NCBI GenBank assembly: GCA_042218325.1
Contig: JBDGRE010000013.1
Coordinates: 13,630 to 77,629 of the forward strand
From: Candidatus Nanohaloarchaea archaeon
GTDB lineage: Archaea; Nanohalarchaeota; Nanosalinia; Nanosalinales; Nanosalinaceae
Length of the DNA: 64,000 nucleotides
Direction: 5' to 3'
Under the pieces are notes generated by a model. The model was not told the origin of the DNA and did not search any database. It saw nothing but the letters and a program-made list of their open reading frames with translations. Below are positions 37,817 to 47,857 of the stretch, one piece after another. Made by a program: the position numbers and the translations under genes. The stretch's first letter is position 1. Each line of letters begins with the position of its first letter.

Positions 37817-39391
37817 ATGAGCCTCCAGGAACTTTCCCGTACGATAGTTGACGAGATAGAGTCAGGCGACCTCGAGTCGAAGGAGGAGATAGAGCAGCGG
37901 AAGAAGGAACTCTGCGGCGAGCTGGAGTTCGACGGCATGCCCAAGAACTCGGACATACTCAACTTCGTGGACGAAGATGAAAGCGAGGCGAAGCAGCTGC
38001 TGAAGACCAAGCCGATGCGTACCATCTCCGGCATCGCCAACATCGCCATAATGGCCCGCCCCGCGCCGTGCGGCGGCGGATGCATATACTGCCCGAAAGG
38101 CGAGGACGCGCCGCAGAGCTACACAGGGAAAGAGCCGGCGACCAGGAGGGCTATACGGAACCAGTACGACCCGTACGACCAGGCGCAAGACCGGCTGGAG
38201 CAGTACAAGAAGAACGGCCACGAGATTGACAAGTCGAAGCTGATAATCATGGGCGGCACGTTCCCGTTCCAGGACCCGGAGTACCAGCGCGAGTTCATGA
38301 AGGAGGCGTTCAATGGCTTTAACACATACGACAGCGAGGAAGAGAGAGTCGATACCCTCGCGGAGGCCAAGGATATCAACGAGACCGCGGAGGTGCGGTG
38401 CGTCGGTGTCACGTTCGAGACCCGGCCGGACATCTGTGAGACAGAGCACATCGACCGTCTGCTCGAGTTCGGCGGGACCAGGGTGGAGATGGGTGTCCAG
38501 ACAGTCTTCGACGAGACCCACGAACGGACCAACAGGGGCCACGGCATGGACCGCGTGATAGAGGCGACAAAGAGGCTGAAAAACGCGGGCTTCAAGGTAG
38601 CCTACCACCTTATGCTCGGGCTTCCGGGAGAGGGCTACGAGGACGATATCGAGAAGTTCAGGGAAGTGTTCTCCAACGCAGATTACCAGCCGGATGAGAT
38701 CAAGATCTATCCTTGTGAGGTCATACAGGGCACCGAGCTGTACCGGCATTATGAGGAGGACGAGTTCGACCCTATCAGCGACGGGGAGGCGAAGGAGCGC
38801 CTGAAGGAAGTGCAGAAGAACGTGATACCGCCACACGTCAGGATAAAACGCGTGATGCGCGACATCCCGTCGACAGAAGTCGATGCGGGGCCGCAGCTCA
38901 CCAACATGAGGCAGATGGCGTTGCAGGAACTGGAAGAAGAGGGCGAGCGCTGTCGCTGCATCCGGTGCCGCGAGGTCGGTCACGTGAAACAGAAGCGTGG
39001 AGAGGAGCCGGAGGACATCGAGCTTATCGAGAGGACCTACGACGCCTCGGGCGGGAAAGAGTTCTTCATCAGCTATGAGGATACAGAAAAAGATATCATA
39101 CTCGGCTTCACCCGTCTACGGGCCCCGTCGGAGAGCTTCCGGCCGGAAATCGACGATGACACGTTGATAGTCAGGCAGCTGAAGGTTCTCGGCAGCTCGG
39201 CTGCGATAGGTGACAGCGGGGAGGTCCAGCACCAGGGCTTCGGGAAGTCGCTGATGCAGAAGGCAGAAGAGAAGGCGCGGGAGCTCGGCCGCAGAAAGGT
39301 CGCGGTCATCTCTGGCGTCGGAACACGGGAGTACTACCGGAAGCTCGGCTATGAACAGGAAGGCGTCTACATGGTCAAGTCGCTTGACTAG
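37817..39391 (+). CDS. elp3: Elp3 tRNA U34 acetyltransferase (radical SAM + GNAT)
   Basis: CGGGCIYCP, ETRPD, QHQGFG, ISGVG. Confidence 0.95.
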   Translation: MSLQELSRTIVDEIESGDLESKEEIEQRKKELCGELEFDGMPKNSDILNFVDEDESEAKQLLKTKPMRTISGIANIAIMARPAPCGGGCIYCPKGEDAPQSYTGKEPATRRAIRNQYDPYDQAQDRLEQYKKNGHEIDKSKLIIMGGTFPFQDPEYQREFMKEAFNGFNTYDSEEERVDTLAEAKDINETAEVRCVGVTFETRPDICETEHIDRLLEFGGTRVEMGVQTVFDETHERTNRGHGMDRVIEATKRLKNAGFKVAYHLMLGLPGEGYEDDIEKFREVFSNADYQPDEIKIYPCEVIQGTELYRHYEEDEFDPISDGEAKERLKEVQKNVIPPHVRIKRVMRDIPSTEVDAGPQLTNMRQMALQELEEEGERCRCIRCREVGHVKQKRGEEPEDIELIERTYDASGGKEFFISYEDTEKDIILGFTRLRAPSESFRPEIDDDTLIVRQLKVLGSSAAIGDSGEVQHQGFGKSLMQKAEEKARELGRRKVAVISGVGTREYYRKLGYEQEGVYMVKSLD

Positions 39392-40533
39392 ACCCGCAGA
39401 TCCTCGTGCATCGAGTTGAAGTTCTCGTACCCGTTCTCAGTTACCAGTACCATGTCCTCGATCCTGACACCGCCGGTGTCGCCGTAGTACAGTCCTGGTT
39501 CTATGGTCAGGACGTTTCCGGCCTCGAGTTCCGTGTCGCTGTCCGCTATCCGTGGGGGCTCGTGCAGCCCGAGGCCGACTGCATGGCCTGTCGAGTGGAT
39601 GAACCCTTCTTCCGCTCCGCTCCTCATGGTGTCGAAGCCGTGCTCCTCCAGCACGTCGCATACCGCCGAATGCACCTCGGCTGCCTTTACACCGGCCTCT
39701 ATCTCCTTTAACGCGGCCTCCTTCGCCTTCTTTACGGCGTTATGCATGTTCTCCGTCTTCTCGCCTGGCTCTCCCTTCACGAAGGTCCGGGTCATGTCTC
39801 CGAAGTACCTGTTCCCGTGCCTGGGGAATATGTCGACCACGACGGGTTTTCCTCCCTCAAAGACGCCGCTGCCAAGGGAGTGCGGCTTCGCGCCGTCTTC
39901 TCCGCAGGCGACTATCATGCCCTCCGGCGTCGTGCAGTCGTGTTCGAGCAGAAACACCTGCAGTTTTCTACGCGCTCTCTCCGAGGTCAGGGGCTCATCT
40001 TCGAGATAAAGCTCTCCGTTCCTGCTCTTGGCTTCTCCAAGGATCCGTTCCATCTCCTGCATCGCCTCTTCGGTCACGGACTGCGCCTCTTCCAGCTTCT
40101 CAACCTCGGACTCCGTCTTCAACTTCCGGGCCTCCATTACACGGTTCTCGACCGGTTCGATATCCATTTTTCCGGAGAGCTCCTCCGTCAGGCCGAGAGG
40201 GAAGTCTTCCGGGACCGCGAGTCTTTGGATACCGTAACGCTCCAGGAAGCCTGCTATCATGTCGGCCCTGCCTCCTTCACCCCGGCCCTCGCCGTCCACG
40301 AACTCCGAGGTGCTGATGACCTCGTCGACATCTGAATCCTCTTTCGCCCGTGAAAACTCGAGCTGCGGCACCAGCAGGATGCTCTTGCCGCCGGTTCTCA
40401 GGTAGATGAAAGGGTCGGAGGCCTCGAAACCTGCCAGGTAGTACATGTCCGGGTCGGAGGAGTCACCACGCATGAGAAATCCGTCAAAGTTCTCTTCTTC
40501 GAGCAGGTCGTCGAGAGGCCCTGTTCTTTCCAT
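39388..40533 (-). CDS. M24 Xaa-Pro peptidase
   Basis: GDMTRT, HSTGHAVGL, TIEPG, RIED. Confidence 0.93.
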   Translation of the reverse strand: MERTGPLDDLLEEENFDGFLMRGDSSDPDMYYLAGFEASDPFIYLRTGGKSILLVPQLEFSRAKEDSDVDEVISTSEFVDGEGRGEGGRADMIAGFLERYGIQRLAVPEDFPLGLTEELSGKMDIEPVENRVMEARKLKTESEVEKLEEAQSVTEEAMQEMERILGEAKSRNGELYLEDEPLTSERARRKLQVFLLEHDCTTPEGMIVACGEDGAKPHSLGSGVFEGGKPVVVDIFPRHGNRYFGDMTRTFVKGEPGEKTENMHNAVKKAKEAALKEIEAGVKAAEVHSAVCDVLEEHGFDTMRSGAEEGFIHSTGHAVGLGLHEPPRIADSDTELEAGNVLTIEPGLYYGDTGGVRIEDMVLVTENGYENFNSMHEDLRV

Positions 40534-40557
40534 GGGTCTGGATTGTACTGCTGTTTC

Positions 40558-40950
40558 TTATATCTTGGACAGGTCGTCGAAGACGATAGTTTCAAGCTCG
40601 ACGGAGGCGATCTCGCAGGCCTCCCTGATGCAGTCACGGTACACCTTTCTTTCACCCTCTACAGGCCGGGTGAAGTACCTGGCCTCCTCGATGCCGTGTT
40701 CTTCCAGGTAATCCGCTGCGTCTTCCGCGACCTGCTCCATGTTTTCATCGGCCAGTAACTGGTCGTAGGACGGAACTTCCTCATCCGGCTCCACGAGCCC
40801 GAACTTGCCGGAGAGTACTGCGAACGGCTCATCTTCCTCCCCGGCCAGCTCGTTAACCCGGTCTATCCGCGCAGAATCGTACCTCTCCGATGCTGTGAGG
40901 CCTTCACCGCGTTTCTTCTCTCCGCTGCAGTAGGTTACGTGGAGTGTCAT
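40558..40950 (-). CDS. Conserved hypothetical protein (DUF6884-like)
   Basis: CSGEK...Y...LSGKFGLV...YD motif. Confidence 0.6.
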   Translation of the reverse strand: MTLHVTYCSGEKKRGEGLTASERYDSARIDRVNELAGEEDEPFAVLSGKFGLVEPDEEVPSYDQLLADENMEQVAEDAADYLEEHGIEEARYFTRPVEGERKVYRDCIREACEIASVELETIVFDDLSKI

Positions 40951-41084
40951 ATGTTATCGAACCGGTATCTCTTGGGTGCATGCTCGAAAATTCCGGGAGA
41001 ATTTTCTCATACCGGCAGCGCTACACGCAACCGGTGGAAAGAAAATCGACGGTCCCCTCCCCCGAGACTCGCCGATGAGGACTT

Positions 41085-41366
41085 TCAGTTGGAGTGTCGC
41101 TGCTTGAGTGTCTGCCAGCGGTCCGCGAACTCGTCTTTCATTTCTTCCAGCGCGATCCTTTCCTCGTCGCTGAGGTCGTTGGATTCGACGATGTTCCTGT
41201 AGATCTTGTAAGGGTGAGTCGGTACGTCCTGGTTCATGTTGTTCCGGAAACGGTCCTCGAACTTGTCCCGGTGCTGTTCTACTTTGTCCTTCAGGACGCC
41301 TTCTTCCTCCCATTCATCGGCGAGCTTTTCCTTGGAACTCTTGCCGATGTCCCACATGCTCGCCAT
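41085..41366 (-). CDS. Hypothetical protein
   Basis: Acidic ORF. Confidence 0.65.
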   Translation of the reverse strand: MASMWDIGKSSKEKLADEWEEEGVLKDKVEQHRDKFEDRFRNNMNQDVPTHPYKIYRNIVESNDLSDEERIALEEMKDEFADRWQTLKQRHSN

Positions 41367-41558
41367 ATCTCAGGTTCTTTAGCCAACCCTTATTAACCTT
41401 GTGCCTGTCTAAAATCGGCCCTACAGTCCTGAACAGTCATTTGTGTATCTGATGGCTGATAACAACAGTTCAAAGAAAGTGTGCGGTCTTGAAACCCCGC
41501 GAGCGAACGGTAGAGCTCTCAGGTCAGTTTTAACAGGCTGGCCCCGCTATACCGTGAC

Positions 41559-42260
41559 GTGATGCCGAGTATTATCAATGTTTTGAAAGACAGCTTCCGG
41601 CTGCTGCGGCAGCAACCACGCTTCTTCACGCCGAAGCTGGTCTCCGCTTCCGTAGGCGCTGCATGGTTCATAGGGCTTTTCTCGGGTACCGGGCCGCTCT
41701 ATCTTTACGCTGCTACAGGGCCGCTACTGGCGTTGCTTGCGCTTTTCGTCTCCGTGATGCTTGCCGCGATGGTGGAGAAGAAGGAGTCCGGCAGTGTGCT
41801 GAGGAAGGGATTCGTCGATGCGGGCAGGAAGTGGCGGAAGATACTGCTGTCGTTCCTCGCCTTCACGCTGGCTGCGGTCGTTATCTACATACCTTTTCTG
41901 GCTGGTTTCTCCCTTTACTACATGCTCGGGGGAGCGTTTTTCTTGGCTGCGGGAGCCTTTCTCAGCCTGTTGCTGCTCGTAGTTTTCAGCTTCCTGTCCT
42001 ACTTCTTCCCCATCAGCCTGCTGCAGAAGGGATCTGTCAGTGGAGGGTTCATGGATTCGGCCTCGACCGCGGTCTCGAACTCGCGCGAGGTCGTACCGCT
42101 GACACTGCTGTCTTTCGCGCTGCTTGTCGCTGCCTCGCTGACGCCGGACGCCGGTATGAAGGTGCTTGGGTACGCCGGCTTCTTCGCAATGAGAATCGTG
42201 TCGGCTATCGCGACGACCTATATATTTGTAGTAAGCCCGAACTATTACCTGCGGTCGTAG
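41559..42260 (+). CDS. Multi-TM membrane protein
   Basis: About six hydrophobic helices. Confidence 0.75.
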   Translation: MMPSIINVLKDSFRLLRQQPRFFTPKLVSASVGAAWFIGLFSGTGPLYLYAATGPLLALLALFVSVMLAAMVEKKESGSVLRKGFVDAGRKWRKILLSFLAFTLAAVVIYIPFLAGFSLYYMLGGAFFLAAGAFLSLLLLVVFSFLSYFFPISLLQKGSVSGGFMDSASTAVSNSREVVPLTLLSFALLVAASLTPDAGMKVLGYAGFFAMRIVSAIATTYIFVVSPNYYLRS

Positions 42261-42334
42261 TTTGGTGGCGGGGATGCAGCGGGGCAGTGATAAGTGCAGG
42301 TTTTTATGTAAGAGCCACTGAAAATTTGGATTAT

Positions 42335-42754
42335 ATGCCAAGATATACTGTTTTTACGATAGAGTTCAAATCAGGTGAGGATGTTATGGATGCTGGTGAA
42401 CTGCCTCCTGAATTACAAGGCATAACCAGAAGCAGTAGAGATCACGGTAGATATTTATCTTTGTTAAAGAATCGACAAACGGATCTGACATATGAAGATA
42501 TAGTTTCTAGACTTTTTGGTTTGCCTGACGTGAAACGTATCTCTGCCTGCTTTTGTGATGACACCAGTGATACGGCTTTTTTCCGACTCTTTAAGTACGA
42601 TAATGGTATATGGGAGATTGATAACAGGTATGATTCAGATTCCTTTGAGGAGGAAGAAACAGGAACCTTCGGTAAGCCAGCAAGAAAGTACCTCAAGCAG
42701 AAATATGATTTCGATGGCTGGACAATCTGGCAATTTTGGGAGTCTAAAGAGTAG
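42335..42754 (+). CDS. AT-rich hypothetical protein
   Basis: MPRYTVF... portion of the 363-aa ORF; atypical composition. Confidence 0.6.
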   Translation: MPRYTVFTIEFKSGEDVMDAGELPPELQGITRSSRDHGRYLSLLKNRQTDLTYEDIVSRLFGLPDVKRISACFCDDTSDTAFFRLFKYDNGIWEIDNRYDSDSFEEEETGTFGKPARKYLKQKYDFDGWTIWQFWESKE

Positions 42755-42838
42755 TTTGTCTGCAAACCTCTTCCTGGTAAATTTCCAGGTGTTATATATT
42801 GAAATCTAATACGCATCTCCGCTCTTAACTTCTATTTT

Positions 42839-43408
42839 TCATCCTCTGAGGGTCTCGACGAGTTCTTCGGCAGCTTTCTCCGCCTTGCTCTCCTCGTTGT
42901 CGATGACCTTGAAGAAGGCTCCGGACAGGACTGCACAGGTGGAGGCCATCTCGTGGCCGACGTCCTGGTACTCCCTTATGTCTGCAGGCGACTCGTGCTC
43001 CCGGTCCCTGCTCTCGTCGCCCTGTGTCCGGGACCAGATGGCTTCCGGGTCTGCCCTCAGCATGATTATCTTCGATGGTTCGAGGTTCTCGACGGTCCAC
43101 TTCGGGAGGCCGGGAAGGTAGCCGAACGGTGTTTTTATCGCAGCGTGCGTGTCTACTATGATGTCTTTTTCCTCGGCTTCTTCCTGTATGGAGTCTGCGG
43201 CCTCTTTCTGTATCCGCCTGTTGGTCTCCGAGTCGAGCTCCTTTAGCTCGTCTCTGCTGTCGACGAGACCTTCTTCCTTCGCGGTTTCCAGCATCCTGTC
43301 GCCGTAGTTTATGACCTCGTACTCCCTGTCGGCGAGCAGCATCGCCTCCTCGAGTACAGTTCCTTTTCCGACTCCTGAAAGACCTACCACTATGTTGACC
43401 TCTCCCAT
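42839..43408 (-). CDS. adkA: Archaeal adenylate kinase
   Basis: GLSGVGKGT, NYGD, DTH...GYLPGLP. Confidence 0.93.
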   Translation of the reverse strand: MGEVNIVVGLSGVGKGTVLEEAMLLADREYEVINYGDRMLETAKEEGLVDSRDELKELDSETNRRIQKEAADSIQEEAEEKDIIVDTHAAIKTPFGYLPGLPKWTVENLEPSKIIMLRADPEAIWSRTQGDESRDREHESPADIREYQDVGHEMASTCAVLSGAFFKVIDNEESKAEKAAEELVETLRG

Positions 43409-43409
43409 G

Positions 43410-44759
43410 TTATTCTTGCCTCCGTATCCTGAGTTTTTTCGCAAGATACTTTAACCATTCCTCCGTCCCGCAGGCCGCGTTGACGAAACTGTAGTCCTGT
43501 AGCTCGGCAGCGACCCTGTCCGGGATACCTTTCTGCTCGAGTTCGCCCGCGAGGAAGTGTTTCATGTACTCTTTCGCATCCGTGAACTCGCGTTCTGTCT
43601 TGGCGTACACGCGGTCATCCTTCACGAACACGTTGTCGTACTTCGAAGTGAACTGCTCTATGTGCTCGCTGCCGTGGAACACCTTCGGACCCTGTAGCTC
43701 CTCGACTTCGGGAAGTTTCTGGTCCAGCTCGAAGAAGAGCCGGGTCTTCTCGTCTCCCACGTGGAAGCCTGACTCGAACAGCCTGAAATTCCGGTTCTCG
43801 AGCACGTCCTCGAACCTTGATAGTGTTTTCCTCATCTGTGGATACACCACGTCTTCCACGCCTTCAGGCCTGTCGAACTCGATAACTAAGAAGTCGCCAC
43901 GCTGCTCTATCTCGTGCTTCACGTCGAACTCCGCGACCCTGAGATCTTTCTCCTCGTAGAGGTGTATGCCTGGTTCCTGCTGGAACTTCCAGCACCGGTA
44001 GATGAACCGGGCGAAGTTCTCTCTCGAAAGCACCGAGGCGACGTTCCTTTCCGGGTCGACCGGGTCGATCACCACGAAAGGTTCGTCCGTGAACTTTTCC
44101 TCCAGCTTCTCCGGCAGCTTTTCGTGGTGGTCTTCCGGATCGATGAGCTCATCCTCTCTCCAGTCGACTGCGGCCTCCACGAGCTGCCTGAAGCCGCCGT
44201 AGTGCGCGACAAGGACCTCGCACAGGTAGCCCGAGAAACCTCTCGTTTTCAGCGACGAGCCGTAGATATCCGCGGCCCTCAGGAAGGTTTTCAGCAGGAC
44301 CACGTCGCGGCGCTGCTCCTCATCTAGGTTCTCCTTCACCCACCTCGAGTGGTGGGGAGTCCGGTCGACCGCACTCTTGATGTTCCCGGGCCCGACGTCG
44401 TAACACGGAACTATCTCGACCTCGTGCCCATTGATAACGCCCCGGGTGTAGGGGTGCTCGGCGTACTCTATCTCGTGTTCTCCCGAGAACTCGTCGAACA
44501 CCTTTTTCCCGAACTCGAGGCCACGGTCCTCCAGCTCCTGCCGCCCGGTCTCCTCCGGGAACAGGACGAAGATGTCGATGTCGCGGTCGCCCTTCATGCA
44601 GGTCCCGCGGCCGCTCGAGCCGGCGAAATGTGTCTCCCGGGAGAACTCGTCCTCGATAAAATCCGATATCTCCCTGTACTTCTGCCGTGTCTCCTCCAGT
44701 TCTTCCTCAGAAGGGTAGTACTCGTCGAGGATCTTCTCCCTCAGGCGTTCGAAGTCCAT
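43410..44759 (-). CDS. cca: CCA-adding enzyme (class I)
   Basis: GS...DIDIF, YAEHPY, AVDRTPHH, GFSGY, DPVDPERNVA. Confidence 0.96.
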   Translation of the reverse strand: MDFERLREKILDEYYPSEEELEETRQKYREISDFIEDEFSRETHFAGSSGRGTCMKGDRDIDIFVLFPEETGRQELEDRGLEFGKKVFDEFSGEHEIEYAEHPYTRGVINGHEVEIVPCYDVGPGNIKSAVDRTPHHSRWVKENLDEEQRRDVVLLKTFLRAADIYGSSLKTRGFSGYLCEVLVAHYGGFRQLVEAAVDWREDELIDPEDHHEKLPEKLEEKFTDEPFVVIDPVDPERNVASVLSRENFARFIYRCWKFQQEPGIHLYEEKDLRVAEFDVKHEIEQRGDFLVIEFDRPEGVEDVVYPQMRKTLSRFEDVLENRNFRLFESGFHVGDEKTRLFFELDQKLPEVEELQGPKVFHGSEHIEQFTSKYDNVFVKDDRVYAKTEREFTDAKEYMKHFLAGELEQKGIPDRVAAELQDYSFVNAACGTEEWLKYLAKKLRIRRQE

Positions 44760-44812
44760 AAGAAAGGTTGCGGGGCGACAGGTTTTAATCTTTCCAGCCT
44801 ATAACGGGGATT

Positions 44813-45160
44813 GTGGAACTGGATTTTGTCTCGCTTACAGTAAAGGATATGGACCGCGCAGTGGGGTTCTATAGCGATTTGCTCGGGGAGGAACCGGAGC
44901 GAAAAGACTCCAGGCTATCTTTCTACGACCTGGGGAACATACGCCTGAGTCTGTGGAACGCTTCGGCGGATGATATGGATGTGGATTTCGGTGATAACTG
45001 CGTCGCGACATTCCGGACTGAGGATATCGAGCAGGAGCGTGAGCGAGTCAAGCAGCTGGCTTCTGAGGTCGAGGAGATAAAGGATGCCGGGGGCTACCGG
45101 CTGTTCCATTTCAGGGATACAGAGGGTAACTTGGTCGAGGTATACGAGGGAGAGAAGTAG
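44813..45160 (+). CDS. VOC/glyoxalase family protein
   Basis: VKDMDRAVGFY...FRDTEGNLVE. Confidence 0.88.
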   Translation: MELDFVSLTVKDMDRAVGFYSDLLGEEPERKDSRLSFYDLGNIRLSLWNASADDMDVDFGDNCVATFRTEDIEQERERVKQLASEVEEIKDAGGYRLFHFRDTEGNLVEVYEGEK

Positions 45161-45181
45161 CTCTGACCGACGGAATCCTGT

Positions 45182-45556
45182 CTATCGGTTCTCTTCTTTT
45201 ACAGTGTTTCCGTGTTCATCAACGTACCTGACGTGGACTTCCTGGTCCTCGTTCCAGGGTGGCTGTGATATCAGGAGGATTTCCAGCTCGCCGAGGTAGT
45301 AGACTTTGGTCCCAGGTTCTGCGAACACCACATCACCTGCCTCCACCTCGGTTTCTTCCCTGTCAAGGAAGAAGCTGCCCTCACCTTCGATGATGTAGTA
45401 GTAGAACGTGCACTCTTGGTTGTAATACTCCTCCAGGTGGCCTTTCTCAGTCTTTTCCCGGAGGATTTCGAGGTCATCCGCTTCCTCGCCGAAGTAATCC
45501 CAGAACTTGACCCCGAACTTCTCGAAGCGGTTGGCGTCTTCGCTGGAGATCTTCAT
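45182..45556 (-). CDS. Cupin domain protein
   Basis: YYIIEGEG...AGDVVFAEPG. Confidence 0.8.
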   Translation of the reverse strand: MKISSEDANRFEKFGVKFWDYFGEEADDLEILREKTEKGHLEEYYNQECTFYYYIIEGEGSFFLDREETEVEAGDVVFAEPGTKVYYLGELEILLISQPPWNEDQEVHVRYVDEHGNTVKEENR

Positions 45557-45560
45557 CGAT

Positions 45561-45944
45561 TCAGCCTTTCAGTCCCTTCACGAGCTTCCGGTCCTCGATG
45601 ACCCAGTACTTTATCTCGTCGCCCTCGTGAGCGTCGAGATCCTCTGGAAGCTCCATCTCCTCGGTCTCGTAAGTGTCCATGTCCATGACCTGGGCGATGT
45701 TGCCCTCTCTGGAGACTACCTGGCCGACCTTCTTGTCTATGTCCGGCGACATCATCATGGAGTCACCGGGTTTCGTTATGTGCCTGTCCTTGTCGTCGAA
45801 GACTCCGCGCGCCTTTATCTTTATCTTGGCGCTGCCGTGCTTTCCTGGACTGGATTTAGAAGTACTTCTTACCTCGCAGGGCTCTCCGTCGATTATAACG
45901 TAGCGCCCGGACTTCAGACTTGATGCTTCGACTTGTTTTGCCAT
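45561..45944 (-). CDS. eif5a: Translation factor aIF5A
   Basis: SPGKHGSAK hypusine site. Confidence 0.97.
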   Translation of the reverse strand: MAKQVEASSLKSGRYVIIDGEPCEVRSTSKSSPGKHGSAKIKIKARGVFDDKDRHITKPGDSMMMSPDIDKKVGQVVSREGNIAQVMDMDTYETEEMELPEDLDAHEGDEIKYWVIEDRKLVKGLKG

Positions 45945-45959
45945 TATGTGTTCACCTGT

Positions 45960-46166
45960 TTACTGTGTCGCGAGTTCGACGTCTTCTTTTTTAACAGTGT
46001 TTCTGCCGGCATGGTCCGCCATCTCGATGGCTTTCCTGCCGATATCCTTCCCTGCGTCCTCGACCGCATCCTTGAGTTCTTCTATAGCGTCCTCAGAGAC
46101 CCGGTCGGCTCCTGCTTTCCTGATTATCCTCTCTATCGGTGCCTTGGGCAGACTCGTATCGCTCAC
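45960..46166 (-). CDS. Archaeal histone
   Basis: LPKAPIERI...RVS...[12 protein letters not shown]. Confidence 0.95.
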   Translation of the reverse strand: MSDTSLPKAPIERIIRKAGADRVSEDAIEELKDAVEDAGKDIGRKAIEMADHAGRNTVKKEDVELATQ

Positions 46167-46249
46167 GTTGAAACTATCCGAGCCAAGTTTTAATATGTGA
46201 ACGGTAGTTCTCGCCAGCCTTTTAGTTATAGGGCAGCACCAGTAACTCT

Positions 46250-46696
46250 ATGAGAGCGGTGGTCGACGCGAACGTCTTCATGAGAGGGCCCGGCCCGGGT
46301 TACGACAGCTACCTCACCGTTCCGGAGGTGATGGAGGAACTGGAAAGCGGGTCCTCCCGCCTCAGCTTCGATACCTCGAGCGTCGAAGTCAGGGAGCCGT
46401 CCACGGACAGCATCGAGACGGTAGAACAGAAATCAGGGGAGATAAACGCGGAGACCTCTGAAACTGATGAAAGGTTGCTGGCGCTCGCCCTCGAGCTCGA
46501 CGAGGTCATCGTCACGGACGATCTCGGGCTGCAGAACCTCGCCGCCCACCTCGGCGTGGAGTTCGAGTCGTACCTCGGGGACGAGATAGAGGAGCGGAGG
46601 GCGTGGACGCTTGTATGCGCGAACTGCGGCCGTGAGGTCGACGGGGAGAAGTGTTCCGCGTGCGGCTCTACTGGGGTGGAGAGGAAACCAGGTTAG
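46250..46696 (+). CDS. nob1: Nob1-like PIN + Zn-ribbon nuclease
   Basis: VVDAN...SETD...TDD...QN...CANC...CSACG. Confidence 0.88.
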   Translation: MRAVVDANVFMRGPGPGYDSYLTVPEVMEELESGSSRLSFDTSSVEVREPSTDSIETVEQKSGEINAETSETDERLLALALELDEVIVTDDLGLQNLAAHLGVEFESYLGDEIEERRAWTLVCANCGREVDGEKCSACGSTGVERKPG

Positions 46697-47705
46697 TGTA
46701 GTTCTGGATGAACTCCTTCGTAAGTATCAGGAGCAGCGGCCCCAGGATGACTCCTTTCAGCCCGAGGGTCAGCGGGCCGGCGATGAAACCGGTGAATATT
46801 ATCAGGGGGTGCTCGTCCATCTGCCGTGACCCGATGTACGGCCGGATAAATATTTCGGGCAGGATGTTCAGGACGATTATCCCGAACACGATTATCAGCG
46901 AGCCCTTGACAGGTTCGCCTGTTATCATGTAGAACAAGCCTATCGGCCCGTAGAACATGAAGGCCGCGACTATCGGTAAAAGGGCCGCGATTCCGATCAG
47001 GAACGCCCACAGCGGTATCAGCGGCATCGGAGAGGTCACCAGCGAGATGGCGTAGAACCCAATCCCGGATACAAGGCCGAGTATCGCCGCGACCAGGAAC
47101 TGCGTGACGAAGACACCGCGGAAAATGGAGTCCATGGAGCGGATAAGAGACTTGATTATCTTCTTCTCGTTGTCAGGCAGGTTCTCCACGACCTCGCTGA
47201 TATCGCTCTCTATCTTGCTACCGTCCTTGTAGAGGTAGATAGCCGTTACGACGAAGATGGCGAGGTCGATGAACAGCGAAGGTATCTTGGTGAAGACATC
47301 GACGAGCCAGTCCGTGGCTCTTCCGGAGATCGAGTCTATGACATTGACGGCGTTCTGCTTGAAGCTCTCCGGCAGCTGCAGCACCTCTATTATGTTTACC
47401 AGGCCCTGCCTCAGGGAGCCCGTAAGTGTGTTCAGGCCGCTGAGTATGTCAACGAAGTTGTTTATGAAGAAGTATATGCCGAGCCCGAGTAACGCGAATA
47501 CGCTTGATATGATTATTATGCTGGAAACAGTCTCATTATTTATCCTGCTGTTAAGCGCCTGATGCGCGAACCTGAGCAGGTAAGAAGTCGCTACCGCGAG
47601 TATTATGGCGTCAAGGAAAGGGTACAGTACAAATATGCTGCCGAGTGAGAGCAGGAGAGCGACCCCGAGAATCTCCCGCTTGAAACGCAGTTCCTCTTCG
47701 GCCAT
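46668..47705 (-). CDS. AI-2E family transporter
   Basis: IRP...HPLIIF...G...LGLKGVILGP. Confidence 0.88.
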   Translation of the reverse strand: MAEEELRFKREILGVALLLSLGSIFVLYPFLDAIILAVATSYLLRFAHQALNSRINNETVSSIIIISSVFALLGLGIYFFINNFVDILSGLNTLTGSLRQGLVNIIEVLQLPESFKQNAVNVIDSISGRATDWLVDVFTKIPSLFIDLAIFVVTAIYLYKDGSKIESDISEVVENLPDNEKKIIKSLIRSMDSIFRGVFVTQFLVAAILGLVSGIGFYAISLVTSPMPLIPLWAFLIGIAALLPIVAAFMFYGPIGLFYMITGEPVKGSLIIVFGIIVLNILPEIFIRPYIGSRQMDEHPLIIFTGFIAGPLTLGLKGVILGPLLLILTKEFIQNYTNLVSSPPQ

Positions 47706-47857
47706 AAAGGTATTTTGTGCCCGATGCTGTTTTATTAACTGTGGCGGCCATGTTGCTACCGCCGCGTCAACCCGTAAACCGAAACTTATATAAGAGTGGG
47801 GGCTACATGGATGGGTGTCGGGGGGGGAAACGACTCCTTATGCCGGAAAAGGATACT

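Noticed and set aside
41400-41555. Possible C/D-box sRNA in an intergenic gap
   Set aside because: No convincing C/D pair or guide; explained by divergent promoters
41663-42754. 363-aa ORF
   Set aside because: The 5' part is a shadow frame of the 41559-42260 membrane gene; only 42335-42754 is protein-like
47816-47832. G-string plus GAAAC as an ORB element
   Set aside because: Single occurrence in the TFB promoter region without the TTCCA core
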